From the IMG/VR virus record IMGVR_UViG_3300025237_000001, positions 32,001 to 96,000 of that record: a stretch of DNA of 64,000 nucleotides; one strand, written 5' to 3'. How positions within the stretch are numbered: the first letter of the stretch is position 1; each line of letters opens with the position of its first letter. The translations under genes were made by a program, and so were the position numbers. Shown in pieces: positions 1 through 9,810 of this stretch. This stretch comes from a virus. A model generated the notes under the pieces. It did not search any database and had not been told where the DNA came from. It worked only from the letters and a program-made list of their open reading frames with translations.

Positions 1-2
1 CT

Positions 3-209
3 AAAGAAAAAACGAAGGCTATGCTATCAGGTTGGTTGATGACCAATGCTGGTGATAGAACTCCTACTGAATATCAAGGGGATAACTTTGTTTCTAGAAA
101 AGGAAGAAATAAAGAGTCTATTAAACGACCTAAATTCAGTTCACAAGTATCTAAGAACATGCAAGACCCAACAGGGAAATACATGTGGCTATTTAGTGGA
201 ACCAAATAA
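3..209 (+). CDS. 3' end of a gene running in from the window edge; probably the C-terminal tail of the terminase large subunit
   Basis: Frame is open from nt 3 (KEKTKAMLSGW...YMWLFSGTK). It lies directly upstream of the portal, the usual T4-like gp17-gp20 neighbourhood. No catalytic motif is visible. Confidence 0.4.
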   Translation, partial: KEKTKAMLSGWLMTNAGDRTPTEYQGDNFVSRKGRNKESIKRPKFSSQVSKNMQDPTGKYMWLFSGTK

Positions 210-222
210 AAAATAAACACTA

Positions 223-250
223 TTGATTAATTTCAAATATTTAGTATAAT
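223..250 (+). promoter_or_regulatory. sigma70-like promoter of the portal gene
   Basis: TTGATT (223-228), 16-nt spacer, TATAAT (245-250), 17 nt before the ATG at 268. Confidence 0.5.
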
Positions 251-267
251 ATAGTAAAGAAAAAATA

Positions 268-2277
268 ATGGCAAACAAAAATTTAACAGTATTTCAAAAA
301 TTAGGAAATGTCTTCGGTAAAGATGGGTTAAACCCACATGTAAAAAAGACCAACAGATATAATCTAGGTAATGGTGAAATCATTAAAACGCAAGATAAAG
401 AAGAATTTGCTGCGGCAAAGTTACAAGCGCAACAAAACAAATACCTATCAAATTTATGGAGTAAAGTTGATGGAGAATTATATCAACAAGCAATTCATTA
501 TGAAACAACTAGAATTGGTTCATATTCGGATTTTGAAACAATGGAATTTTATCCTGAAATATCTGCAACGTTGGATATATTCATGGAAGAATCCACGACT
601 CCAAACGATAAGGGTGATATTATAAACGTTTACTCTGGTAGTAAGCGTGTAAAAAGAATACTTGAAGATTTATTTATAAATAGATTGGATATTCACACCT
701 CACTACCAATGTGGACTAGAAACCTTTGTAAGTACGGGGATAACTTCGTGCAATTAAACATTGACCAAACTGCTGGTATTATTGGGGCAAGGCAATTACC
801 TAACTTCGAAATAGAACGTAGAGAAAATGACATTCAAGGTGTTATCTCTCAATCTCAATTAGAAGGTGTAAATGCTGATGAAAAGAAAAACAAAACAAAA
901 TTCTTTTGGAAGGGTAGGGATATTACTTTCAACTCGTGGCAAATTGCTCACTTTAGATTACTTGGTGATGATAGAAAATTACCTTACGGTACTTCATTCT
1001 TAGAAAAAGCTAGACGTATTTGGAAACAATTAATCTTAGCTGAAGATGCGATGTTGGTGTATCGTGTAACGAGAGCACCTGAAAGAAGGGTTTACAAAAT
1101 ATTCGTTGGTAACATTGATAACGAAGATGTTGGTGCTTACGTAGATGAAATTGCTAATAGATTTAAACGTGCCCCATTAATTGACCCACAAACTGGTCAA
1201 ATGGATTTAAGATATAACCAATTGGGTATTGACCAAGATATTTTCGTTCCAACTAGGAGTGAAGATGCGGCAACACCTATTGATACACTTCCAGGTGCTC
1301 AAAACTTGGACCAAATTGCAGATATTGAATACTTACAAAGAAAGTTATTTACTGCACTTAGGGTTCCTAAGACTTTCTTAGGATTTGAAGAGCCAACTGG
1401 TGAGGGTAAAAACCTTGCATTACAAGACATTAGGTTCTCAAGAACTATTAATAGAATACAACAAGCTGTTTTACATGAATTAAACAAAGTTGCGATTATT
1501 CATTTATACCTTTTAGGTTTCCATGATGACATCGATAACTTTACACTTACACTTAACAATCCCTCAACACAAGCAGAGATGCTTAAGATTGAACATACAG
1601 CCGCTAAAGTAACACTTTATAAAGATGCGGTTTCTGATGCTGGTAACGGATTTGGTGCTATGTCAATGACTAGAGCTAAAAGAGAAATCTTAGGTTGGAG
1701 TGATGATGAAATCAAGCAAGATATGCTTGAACAAAGAATTGAGAAAGCTGCGGCTGCTGAATTAGAGAATACTCAAAACGTAATTAAAAATACGGGAGTG
1801 TTTGACCAAGTGGATAGGGTGTATGGAGATATGGACCTTGCGAAAATCGGTGGAGTTGTTGATGAAGAAGGTGGTGACGGTGCCCCATCTGAAGGTGGTG
1901 GTGGCGGTGGAGGCTTCGGTGGAGGTTTTGACGCACCAGATTTAGAGTTAGGTGATGAAGATTTAGACGCTGAAGATGAAGATTTAGGTGGTGATTTAGG
2001 AGATGATGATTTAGGTGGTGATTTAGGAGATGAAGGTTTTGGTGATGAACCAACTACGGATGAATCTAGAAACAAATCTGGTAAACTACTTAAAGAAAAC
2101 ATGAGACAGAAACCTAGTGATATATCAACTAAAAAATACCTTAACATGTTAGACAATAGCATTAAAAAAGAAGATATTATTAACGATAGTGTTACTAAGA
2201 TTTACGATAAATCAGTTAAGTTTAATGATGAATTAAATGATATGATTAGTGAAATCGATAATAAGTTAGGAGAATAA
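268..2277 (+). CDS. gp20: portal protein (T4 gp20-like) with acidic Gly/Asp-rich C-terminal extension
   Basis: QIAHFRLLGDD..PYGTSFLEKARRIWKQLILAEDAMLVYRVTRAPERRVYKIFVGN and DIEYLQRKLFTALRVP, typical gp20 motifs; followed by protease, scaffold and capsid genes. Confidence 0.93.
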   Translation: MANKNLTVFQKLGNVFGKDGLNPHVKKTNRYNLGNGEIIKTQDKEEFAAAKLQAQQNKYLSNLWSKVDGELYQQAIHYETTRIGSYSDFETMEFYPEISATLDIFMEESTTPNDKGDIINVYSGSKRVKRILEDLFINRLDIHTSLPMWTRNLCKYGDNFVQLNIDQTAGIIGARQLPNFEIERRENDIQGVISQSQLEGVNADEKKNKTKFFWKGRDITFNSWQIAHFRLLGDDRKLPYGTSFLEKARRIWKQLILAEDAMLVYRVTRAPERRVYKIFVGNIDNEDVGAYVDEIANRFKRAPLIDPQTGQMDLRYNQLGIDQDIFVPTRSEDAATPIDTLPGAQNLDQIADIEYLQRKLFTALRVPKTFLGFEEPTGEGKNLALQDIRFSRTINRIQQAVLHELNKVAIIHLYLLGFHDDIDNFTLTLNNPSTQAEMLKIEHTAAKVTLYKDAVSDAGNGFGAMSMTRAKREILGWSDDEIKQDMLEQRIEKAAAAELENTQNVIKNTGVFDQVDRVYGDMDLAKIGGVVDEEGGDGAPSEGGGGGGGFGGGFDAPDLELGDEDLDAEDEDLGGDLGDDDLGGDLGDEGFGDEPTTDESRNKSGKLLKENMRQKPSDISTKKYLNMLDNSIKKEDIINDSVTKIYDKSVKFNDELNDMISEIDNKLGE

Positions 2278-2321
2278 GGGTTTTTAATGAAACCTGAAAC
2301 ATATTTATTAAAAAAAGAACA

Positions 2322-3101
2322 ATGCAAAATTTTGGACAGATAAACGAAACCTTTAAAAATATTTTAGTAGATAGTATCATTACTAAAGACGAAAAAGGTA
2401 AAAAGGTATTTAAGAGTTATGTTAAAGCTCTTAAAGAGAATTCTACTTTAAGAACTCAATACGATATATTTAGTAAATTAGAAAATAAAGTTAACGAAGA
2501 AAATGAAGGTGAACGTAATGAAATGTTCATTACAGAATGCATTTCATTATTAGAAAATGTTGGTAGCGATACAGTAGATAAGGTTAACAATAAATTAGTT
2601 AAACACTTAACCAAAAACGGGTATGAGTTATACGCTGGTGACTATGAGTTAAAATCATTACACGAGCATATTACCAATGCCGCATACTTGGAAAGAAATA
2701 CTAAAAACGTTAACACTGTTATTGAATCTAAATTATTTCTTAAAAATTATTCAAAAGTACTTGTTGAATCTGAAGATATTGAAGTTGAACCTTATTCTAA
2801 TAAAATGTTAATTCCTTTATTAGAAAGAAAATTCAATGACAAATACGCAAACATCTCTGAACTTGAAAAGAAAGTGATTAGATTAAGTATTAATAGCACT
2901 GATGAGGCGAAAGAAGAATTATACAACGGCACGATTCGTGAATGCATAGATTTAGTAGATTCTCAGTTAACTGAGTGTACTATTGAGCAAAAGAATACTC
3001 TATTGCAAGTAAAAGATAAATTATTAAGAAGTAAATTCAGCACAGATGGTTTTACATCTGAAATGAGTAAAATTAGTTACCTAAAAACAACATTAAATTA
3101 A
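2322..3101 (+). CDS. hypothetical helical protein of the head module
   Basis: 259-aa ORF preceded by TATTTAT (2302-2308); no recognised catalytic motif. Confidence 0.75.
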   Translation: MQNFGQINETFKNILVDSIITKDEKGKKVFKSYVKALKENSTLRTQYDIFSKLENKVNEENEGERNEMFITECISLLENVGSDTVDKVNNKLVKHLTKNGYELYAGDYELKSLHEHITNAAYLERNTKNVNTVIESKLFLKNYSKVLVESEDIEVEPYSNKMLIPLLERKFNDKYANISELEKKVIRLSINSTDEAKEELYNGTIRECIDLVDSQLTECTIEQKNTLLQVKDKLLRSKFSTDGFTSEMSKISYLKTTLN

Positions 3102-3102
3102 T

Positions 3103-3396
3103 ATGATGGCATTGTTACCTTTATCTCTTGAGTTAGTCGAATGGTTAATTCAACAAGCACCAGTGGTGGTTGTTATGGGAGCTGCAATATTCTGGTTAGC
3201 GAAGAAGTTAACCAAATCGGAAGAAGATAAGGATTCCTTGGCGAAAGATGTAATTAAGTTAACAACGCTTTGGGAAGAAAAGAGTGATAAGATTGAAGAA
3301 CGGAATGAGGAACAACGTATGAGGGATGATAAAGTGGATGATAAAATAATAGAATTACTTCATGATATTAAAATACTAGTTAGCAATAAAAGATGA
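3103..3396 (+). CDS. small single-TM membrane protein, BhlA/holin-like
   Basis: EWLIQQAPVVVVMGAAIFWLAKK hydrophobic helix followed by a charged coiled coil. Confidence 0.55.
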   Translation: MMALLPLSLELVEWLIQQAPVVVVMGAAIFWLAKKLTKSEEDKDSLAKDVIKLTTLWEEKSDKIEERNEEQRMRDDKVDDKIIELLHDIKILVSNKR

Positions 3397-3893
3397 AAAA
3401 TTTAATGAACCTGTTTTTCCCAGAAAAAAATGATAACTATTCTAAAGCTAAGTCTGGGCTTAGTAACATCAAAAAGAAATTTGATGGTTTTGCACTTTCT
3501 TTTCCTGACATAACTCCAGATGAAATTATGTTTGTTAAAGAGAAATGGGAAACCCTACCAAAATCCATATCTAAAGGTGTTAAGATAATGGCACTTAAAT
3601 TTAGAGATGATTGTAAGTGTTTACTTACATCGTATGATTCAAACTCTTATATTAGACCACATAGACATACAGAAGAGTATGAACATGGTGTGATACTTAA
3701 AGGTCAACTTATTGACAAGTTTAGAAACATATCTTATAAAGTTGGTGATACATATGTAATCGAGCCAAATAAAATTCATTATTTATCTTCTAGTATTGAT
3801 GGATGTCTCGTATATTCTCAATTAAGTCAGAATAAAATACACGAGTTAGAACCACTTCCAAAAAATTTACTTTCAAAACTAGAAATGGTGTAA
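3393..3893 (+). CDS. cupin-domain protein
   Basis: PHRHTEEYEHGVILKG...GDTYVIEPNKIH cupin motifs 1 and 2 with metal ligands present; ATGA overlap with the upstream gene. Confidence 0.75.
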   Translation: MKNLMNLFFPEKNDNYSKAKSGLSNIKKKFDGFALSFPDITPDEIMFVKEKWETLPKSISKGVKIMALKFRDDCKCLLTSYDSNSYIRPHRHTEEYEHGVILKGQLIDKFRNISYKVGDTYVIEPNKIHYLSSSIDGCLVYSQLSQNKIHELEPLPKNLLSKLEMV

Positions 3894-3953
3894 ATCCACT
3901 GTTTATAGGTGGTCAATTTATAAGAAACCTGGTTTTCAGGGTCATTAGAGGGG

Positions 3954-3983
3954 TTGACTAATTTTATATTTTACGTATATTTG
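3954..3983 (+). promoter_or_regulatory. host-polymerase promoter (Bacteroidota-type)
   Basis: TTG (3954-56)-N19-TATATTTG (3976-83) matches the Flavobacterium/Bacteroides -33/-7 consensus; it also reads TTGACT-16-TATATT. Confidence 0.6.
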
Positions 3984-3987
3984 TAAT

Positions 3988-4455
3988 ATGAAATATAACA
4001 GAGGAACCGAATTAGAAATAGATATAAATGATAACTTAAACGTAGTTTTTGGGACAATAGATAAGCATACACCAAAGACTGTATACATAAGGATTAGTGG
4101 TTGGGGAAACCCAATAGACTATGACGATGAAAATGATTATAGTTCAATCATACGAAAATATGATAAGCGTATTAAGACTTACTTATACAAGAACTCAAAC
4201 TTAGATATACTAAATAATATTAGTATGGTTGATATGGATATGCGGGAGTCTGGTATAGCCCAAAACAAATCTAGTTTCATGTCATGTGAGATAACACTAT
4301 TTCAAAAGAATCTTCAGCTATTAACTGACGATTCTTTAAACAACGAACTAATAAAACTATCCAAACATATCTGCGATGAGATTATCAATCGAGATATTTA
4401 TTTCAATTTTTTTAAGAAAAAAACCAACGCTAAAAAAGAATTAACTGAAGCCTAA
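3988..4455 (+). CDS. hypothetical protein
   Basis: 155-aa ORF with its own promoter and a downstream terminator. Confidence 0.75.
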   Translation: MKYNRGTELEIDINDNLNVVFGTIDKHTPKTVYIRISGWGNPIDYDDENDYSSIIRKYDKRIKTYLYKNSNLDILNNISMVDMDMRESGIAQNKSSFMSCEITLFQKNLQLLTDDSLNNELIKLSKHICDEIINRDIYFNFFKKKTNAKKELTEA

Positions 4456-4476
4456 TCGTAATGATTAGGCTTTTTT
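4448..4476 (+). terminator. intrinsic terminator
   Basis: AAGCCTAATC-gtaat-GATTAGGCTT followed by a T-run, overlapping the stop at 4453-4455. Confidence 0.8.
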
Positions 4477-4510
4477 GTGTTTATTCGCATATTTATTGAA
4501 AAAGGTATTT

Positions 4511-5200
4511 ATGAACGAATTTAAAGTTATAAGAGGTGGTAGAGCTGGAACTGGATTATTAATTGAAGGTGATGCTGGTTTTATCGAACCAAATGATATT
4601 AGGAACAAGCCATTTGTTACTGAAGCTGCTAAGATAGGCAAAGGTACTGTAATGATTGAACCATTAATCCTATTCGTTGTGTTACAAAAATTTGGTGTAG
4701 AGAACAAGAACGGTAGAATCTATCCAGAACACATTTTAAAAAGAGAAGCTGTTAATTATCAAGAGTTAATTAACAATAGGTCAGCAGTTGGGGAAAGTGA
4801 CCACCCTGAATCATCAGTTATTTCAAACAGTAGAGTTTCACATGAAATCAAAAAGATTTGGTGGGAAGGTCGCACGCTTGTTGGTGAAATAGAAATCATT
4901 ATGTCTCCAGGTTTTATTAATCAAGGAATCATATCTTGTGAGGGTGATAACATTGCAAACATGTTAAGAAAAGGAATACGTGTGGGAGTATCTTCAAGAG
5001 GTGTTGGTTCACTGGATGAAATTGCTGGTAAATTATTAGTGCAAGAAGATTTTGAATTAATATGTTGGGATATCGTTACGAGTCCTAGTACTCCAGGTTC
5101 TTATATGTTCAATAGTAAGTCTGAGGCACAACCATTTATGGAGTCTGAGATAAAGGGGAAAGACCTATTAATCGACAATTTAAATAAATTTTTATTATAA
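4511..5200 (+). CDS. gp21: prohead core protease (T4 gp21-like, peptidase S77)
   Basis: NKNGRIYP, GESDHP, GVSSRGVGS and WDIVTSPSTPGS motifs; start moved to the ATG at 4511 downstream of TATTTAT. Confidence 0.92.
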   Translation: MNEFKVIRGGRAGTGLLIEGDAGFIEPNDIRNKPFVTEAAKIGKGTVMIEPLILFVVLQKFGVENKNGRIYPEHILKREAVNYQELINNRSAVGESDHPESSVISNSRVSHEIKKIWWEGRTLVGEIEIIMSPGFINQGIISCEGDNIANMLRKGIRVGVSSRGVGSLDEIAGKLLVQEDFELICWDIVTSPSTPGSYMFNSKSEAQPFMESEIKGKDLLIDNLNKFLL

Positions 5201-5334
5201 TAAAATAGATAATTTAATAAAATTAAGTTTTTTTTTACCTAAAACGGGTGTTTTAGGAAAATAAACTATATTTATTAAGTAACTGGTACGATTTTATATT
5301 GTGCCTAATCACAAAAACTTTAAAACAAAGACAA

Positions 5335-7032
5335 ATGAAAGACGAAAAAAAGTCTATTATAGAAGAAGCACTAGCGGAATTTAACCTTATCGAGGAAACA
5401 TTAAATTCGAATGCTAAAGAAATACTTCGTTCCGTAGCGAAAGAAGAAATTACTAGCACGCTAAACGAGTCCTTGAATGAGGATGAGTATGATATTGAAG
5501 ATATCGAAGACGTTGACACTGATACAGATGTTGACGCATTACCAATAGATGACGCACCAGATGCAGCACCAGAAATGGGAGCTGAAATGGGTCCAGAACC
5601 AGAAATGGGAATGGAACCTGATTTAGGTGGTTCTGAAGAACTTGGATTAGATGACATGGGAATGGACGCTGGAGAAGAAGGACTAGAAATAGAACTTGGA
5701 GCAGAAGAAGGTAGCGAAGACTACGGATTGGACATGACTGGAGCATCAGACGAGGAAGTTATATCAGTTTACAAGAAATTGCAAGGTGAAGACGAAATAG
5801 AAGTAGTATCATCAGAAGAAGTAATAATTAAAGACCCAGTATCGGGAGCAGAGTACAACGTCAAAATGGGCGGTGGTAGTATGCTAGACCAAGGGGAAAT
5901 GGACGCAGAAGGTGGACTAGGAGCAGAAATGGGACTAGACGCTGAACCAGAAATGGGACCAGAAATGGGTGCGGAACTTGGACCAGAGGTTGAAGCTGAA
6001 CCAGCAATGGATACAGAAGTAGACGCTGAACCAGCACCAGATTTTGGTGGAGGTGAAGAAGAAACTGAAGTTGCACCAGAAGGTGGAGAAGCAGAAGAAA
6101 CTGAGGAAGAAGAAGATGAAATAGGTGAAGCAGTTGTTTATGAAATTGAATTATCGGAAGATGATGAAATTGTAGAAGGTTTAGAAAATGACCTTAAGAT
6201 AAACAAAGATAGCAAAATTGGTGCTACCGCAGACGGTAAGCCAAGAACTGCTACTAGTGATGTTGAAAAAAACATGACTGGCGATTTAGCTACTGGCGAT
6301 ATCGAAGGACAAAAAGCTCCAAATGATTCTGATTCAGGTGATAATCTTACAGGTGGATTTGACGATGATGCTCAAAACGGAAGTGGCGACAATCATGCGG
6401 CTCACATCATGGAAGATGCTGAAGTAGTTGATGAAAACGAAAACATTGATGAAACGGTAGAAGTTGTGGACGAAGAAGAAGTTGTAGAAGGAGAAGATGC
6501 TATTGACGAAAAGATTTCAACCAACGGTGCTCGTGAGAGACAAGCTGGTGGAGATTTAACTAAAATTAAAGGTCCAGGGGCAAGGCAAACTGCTAAGAAC
6601 CTAGGTCACACAGTTGAAAGCGTATCTAAAAAATACAACACTTTATTAAAAGAAGCGAAAGCTCTTAAAGTTGAGAACGTAGCGTTCAAATCATCTTTAA
6701 AAGATTTTAAAAGAACCATGACTGAGACAGCGATATTTAATATCAACCTAACTCACGCTACTAAATTATTCTTAGAACACTCTACTACTATTGGAGAGAA
6801 GAAAGATATTTTAACTAGATTTGATGAAGAGGTTAGTACAATCGAAGAGTCTAAAAAACTTTACAAACGAATCAATTCTGAATTAGGAAATCAAAAACCT
6901 CTTGCTGAATCGATTGAAAATAAATTAATGTCTGAGCAAACATCAGGTCAATCAACTCAAATTAACGAGACGGTTGCTTATGTAGACCCAGCACAAAAAA
7001 GAGTTCTTGATTTAATCAATAGAACTAAATAA
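5335..7032 (+). CDS. prohead scaffolding/core protein (gp22-like), very acidic
   Basis: Lies between protease and capsid; Glu/Asp-rich low-complexity middle, coiled-coil C-terminus, many [ILV]xE sites; ATG at 5335 preferred over GTG at 5299. Confidence 0.8.
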   Translation: MKDEKKSIIEEALAEFNLIEETLNSNAKEILRSVAKEEITSTLNESLNEDEYDIEDIEDVDTDTDVDALPIDDAPDAAPEMGAEMGPEPEMGMEPDLGGSEELGLDDMGMDAGEEGLEIELGAEEGSEDYGLDMTGASDEEVISVYKKLQGEDEIEVVSSEEVIIKDPVSGAEYNVKMGGGSMLDQGEMDAEGGLGAEMGLDAEPEMGPEMGAELGPEVEAEPAMDTEVDAEPAPDFGGGEEETEVAPEGGEAEETEEEEDEIGEAVVYEIELSEDDEIVEGLENDLKINKDSKIGATADGKPRTATSDVEKNMTGDLATGDIEGQKAPNDSDSGDNLTGGFDDDAQNGSGDNHAAHIMEDAEVVDENENIDETVEVVDEEEVVEGEDAIDEKISTNGARERQAGGDLTKIKGPGARQTAKNLGHTVESVSKKYNTLLKEAKALKVENVAFKSSLKDFKRTMTETAIFNINLTHATKLFLEHSTTIGEKKDILTRFDEEVSTIEESKKLYKRINSELGNQKPLAESIENKLMSEQTSGQSTQINETVAYVDPAQKRVLDLINRTK

Positions 7033-7062
7033 AATTAAAAATTAAAATTAAATTATATTATT

Positions 7063-8865
7063 ATGAATAGCAATTTTTTAACTTCAGGTCAAGTTGGTAA
7101 CATCGGACTTAACCACATGAAACAAGTAAGAGAGAACACTATCAATAAATGGGATTCATTAGGATTCTTAGATGGTCTTCAAGGACATGTAAAAGAGAAT
7201 ATCGCTCAGTTATATGAAAACGAAGCTTCTCACTTATTAAACGAATCAACTGATGCTTCAAGCTCAGGTTCATTCGAAACGGTTGTATTTCCAATCGTAA
7301 GGAGAGTATTCTCTAAATTATTAGCAAATGATATTGTATCAGTACAAGCTATGAATATGCCAATTGGTAAATTATTCTTCTTCGTACCACAAACATCTGC
7401 AAGATATGACGCTGCTGGTGATGCATACGGAGACCCACATAAAAATGGACCTCAGTTTTCTGCTCACACTTCAATGGGTGCTGATGGACTACCAATCGTA
7501 AGAGGTGTAGACCCATCTTATGCTCCAACTGAGTATTTAGCTAAAAATCTTTATGATATTTACTATAACGATGGATTATTTGATGCATCTAAAGGTACTA
7601 TCTCAATTATTGCGGGAACAGGTAACTTAGTTACTTTATCTGCTGACGGTACATTCGCTGCCGCTGCTGATTTCTCTGCACTTCCAACTTCAACTGATGG
7701 TTCTTTAAGAACTGCCATTTTCCAAGTATCTGGATTTAGTGCAATAAACAAAGGTAGATTAAGTGGACCAGATGGTAACCCAATGGACACAGAATCTTTC
7801 TTAGCTTCTTTAAAAGTTGTTACCAATGGTATCGCTTTAAATGATGCTGACGGAAACGTAATTGTTGCTGACGCTACAATCGTTCCTTTTAGATTAGTTA
7901 CTCAAAAATACGGTAGAGGTATCGTAGATTATAGTGACATATGTGACGCTGCTGGTGTTATCTATCTTGAATTAGATATGACTCACCCAGTTGACGCTGC
8001 TGGAACTTCAACATACGATGGTTATGTTGGTGCAGATATGGGCGGTGCTCAATCAGCATTTACAAGTGCTGATTTCTCAGTATCTTGGGCAGAATATGCT
8101 ACGTTAGAACTTGAAACAGAAATGGGTGAAGTATCTTTCAAATTAGACGAGGTTGTTGTTTCCGTTGAAGAACGTAAATTAAGAGCTACATGGTCTCCAG
8201 AATTAGCTCAAGATGTTAGTGCATTCCACAACATTGATGCTGAGGCTGAATTAACTGCAATGTTATCAGAACAAGTTGCTGCTGAAATCGATAGAGAAAT
8301 CTTAAGAGACATCAGAAGTGCTGCTGCATGGCAATTAAGATGGGATTGGAACGGATGGAGAAAAGCTTCATTGGCTGCTAATGCTTACACGCAAAAAGAC
8401 TGGAATCAAACTTTAATTACTAAAGTTAACCAAATTTCAGCACAAATCCACAAGTCTACTCTTAGAGGTGGTGCTAACTTTATCGTAGTTTCTTCAGAAA
8501 TTTCTGCTGTATTCGATGATTTAGAGTACTTCCACGTAAGTGATGCATCTCCAGAGCAAGACCAATATAATATGGGTATCGAGAAAATCGGTTCATTAAG
8601 TGGTCGTTACCAAGTGTACCGTGACCCTTATGCACCATCTTGGTCACTTATTATGGGACATAAAGGAAAATCATTGTTAGACACTGGTTACATCTACGCA
8701 CCTTACGTGCCAATGCAATTAACGCCTACAATGTATAACCCATTCAACTTCGCACCAGTGAAAGGTATAATGACACGTTATGCTAAGAAAGTGGTAAACA
8801 ACAGATTCTACGGAGCTGTAAGAGTTGATGGATTACAAACATTCAACATCGCTGAATTAAGATAA
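7063..8865 (+). CDS. gp23: major capsid protein (T4 gp23-like)
   Basis: ANDIVSVQAMNMP, RKLRATWSPELAQD, AEIDREI and GYIYAPYVP..KGIMTRY motifs; predicted maturation site LLNE|S. Confidence 0.96.
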   Translation: MNSNFLTSGQVGNIGLNHMKQVRENTINKWDSLGFLDGLQGHVKENIAQLYENEASHLLNESTDASSSGSFETVVFPIVRRVFSKLLANDIVSVQAMNMPIGKLFFFVPQTSARYDAAGDAYGDPHKNGPQFSAHTSMGADGLPIVRGVDPSYAPTEYLAKNLYDIYYNDGLFDASKGTISIIAGTGNLVTLSADGTFAAAADFSALPTSTDGSLRTAIFQVSGFSAINKGRLSGPDGNPMDTESFLASLKVVTNGIALNDADGNVIVADATIVPFRLVTQKYGRGIVDYSDICDAAGVIYLELDMTHPVDAAGTSTYDGYVGADMGGAQSAFTSADFSVSWAEYATLELETEMGEVSFKLDEVVVSVEERKLRATWSPELAQDVSAFHNIDAEAELTAMLSEQVAAEIDREILRDIRSAAAWQLRWDWNGWRKASLAANAYTQKDWNQTLITKVNQISAQIHKSTLRGGANFIVVSSEISAVFDDLEYFHVSDASPEQDQYNMGIEKIGSLSGRYQVYRDPYAPSWSLIMGHKGKSLLDTGYIYAPYVPMQLTPTMYNPFNFAPVKGIMTRYAKKVVNNRFYGAVRVDGLQTFNIAELR

Positions 8866-8897
8866 GATAACTTCTTAATCTCAGTCGAGATAAATAC

Positions 8898-8931
8898 AAA
8901 AGCCCAACATTACAGATGTTGGGCTTTTTTT
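8898..8931 (+). terminator. intrinsic terminator after the capsid gene
   Basis: AAAAGCCCAACAT-tacag-ATGTTGGGCTTTT plus T-run. Confidence 0.88.
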
Positions 8932-8952
8932 ATTTTATAGACTATTTATAAT

Positions 8953-9810
8953 ATGAACTTATATAACTTATATGAAGAAGTTTTAAAAGAAGATTGTGAG
9001 AAAATATCTCTCGTAAGTAAATCCAAGAAAGGTAATCGTTATTTTAAAATGCTTAAAGATGCGCAATGGCAACATTATGACGCACCTAAAGGTGACCTAA
9101 CTGATTACGTTAGTGGGGAAGATGATAGAAAACGTCTAGTTACTAATTTAAGTAAAGCTGATAAGAAACTTTATAGAGAATGGTTAAAAACACCAGAAGG
9201 TGAAACATCGGTAAAATTATTTGCTGATAAGCAAACTAAATTTAAAGAAAGGACTAAAGGTTGGGGTGAAGGACCTATTTCTGAATCAACTGATAGAATG
9301 ATTGATGTATCATGTGCTGCTTTAGGTAGTATTAAAATTGATGGTAAATATTTATTATTTAAAGAAAAAATGAAATACCAACCAATAGGTGGTGGTCTTA
9401 AATTTAAACCATCCGCAATTCCATTCTTAGAATCAATAAATTACCGTACAGCTAGAACTGATAATGATATTAGAATTCAAATACCCGAATCTAAATGGGA
9501 AATTTTTAAACAATGGTTCCAAAGTGGTAAAGATAGAGAAATATCAATTGATAGAGAAATGGAAGAAGAATTAGGTTCATTCCTAGACTCTTCATATCTT
9601 TCACAAATGAATACAAGTAACTATCAACTTAAAGAAGTAATTGAAGGTAAACATAGAATATTTCAAATACATCAAATTACGTTTTCAGATGAAGTTCGTA
9701 ATGCGATATTAGAATTAGTTCATCATAAACAATTATTTATATTGGCAACGCCAGAAGAAATGAAATCTTCTGATGAAATATCAAGCCACAGCCATAATAT
9801 CATATTATGA
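8953..9810 (+). CDS. two-domain protein: unknown N-domain plus SMODS-associated NUDIX (Sa_NUDIX)-like domain
   Basis: DVSCAALGSIKIDGKYLL..YQPIGGGLKF..DIRIQIP..FKQWFQSGKDREISIDREMEEELG follows the Sa_NUDIX pattern, including the RExxEE half of the Nudix box. Confidence 0.7.
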   Translation: MNLYNLYEEVLKEDCEKISLVSKSKKGNRYFKMLKDAQWQHYDAPKGDLTDYVSGEDDRKRLVTNLSKADKKLYREWLKTPEGETSVKLFADKQTKFKERTKGWGEGPISESTDRMIDVSCAALGSIKIDGKYLLFKEKMKYQPIGGGLKFKPSAIPFLESINYRTARTDNDIRIQIPESKWEIFKQWFQSGKDREISIDREMEEELGSFLDSSYLSQMNTSNYQLKEVIEGKHRIFQIHQITFSDEVRNAILELVHHKQLFILATPEEMKSSDEISSHSHNIIL

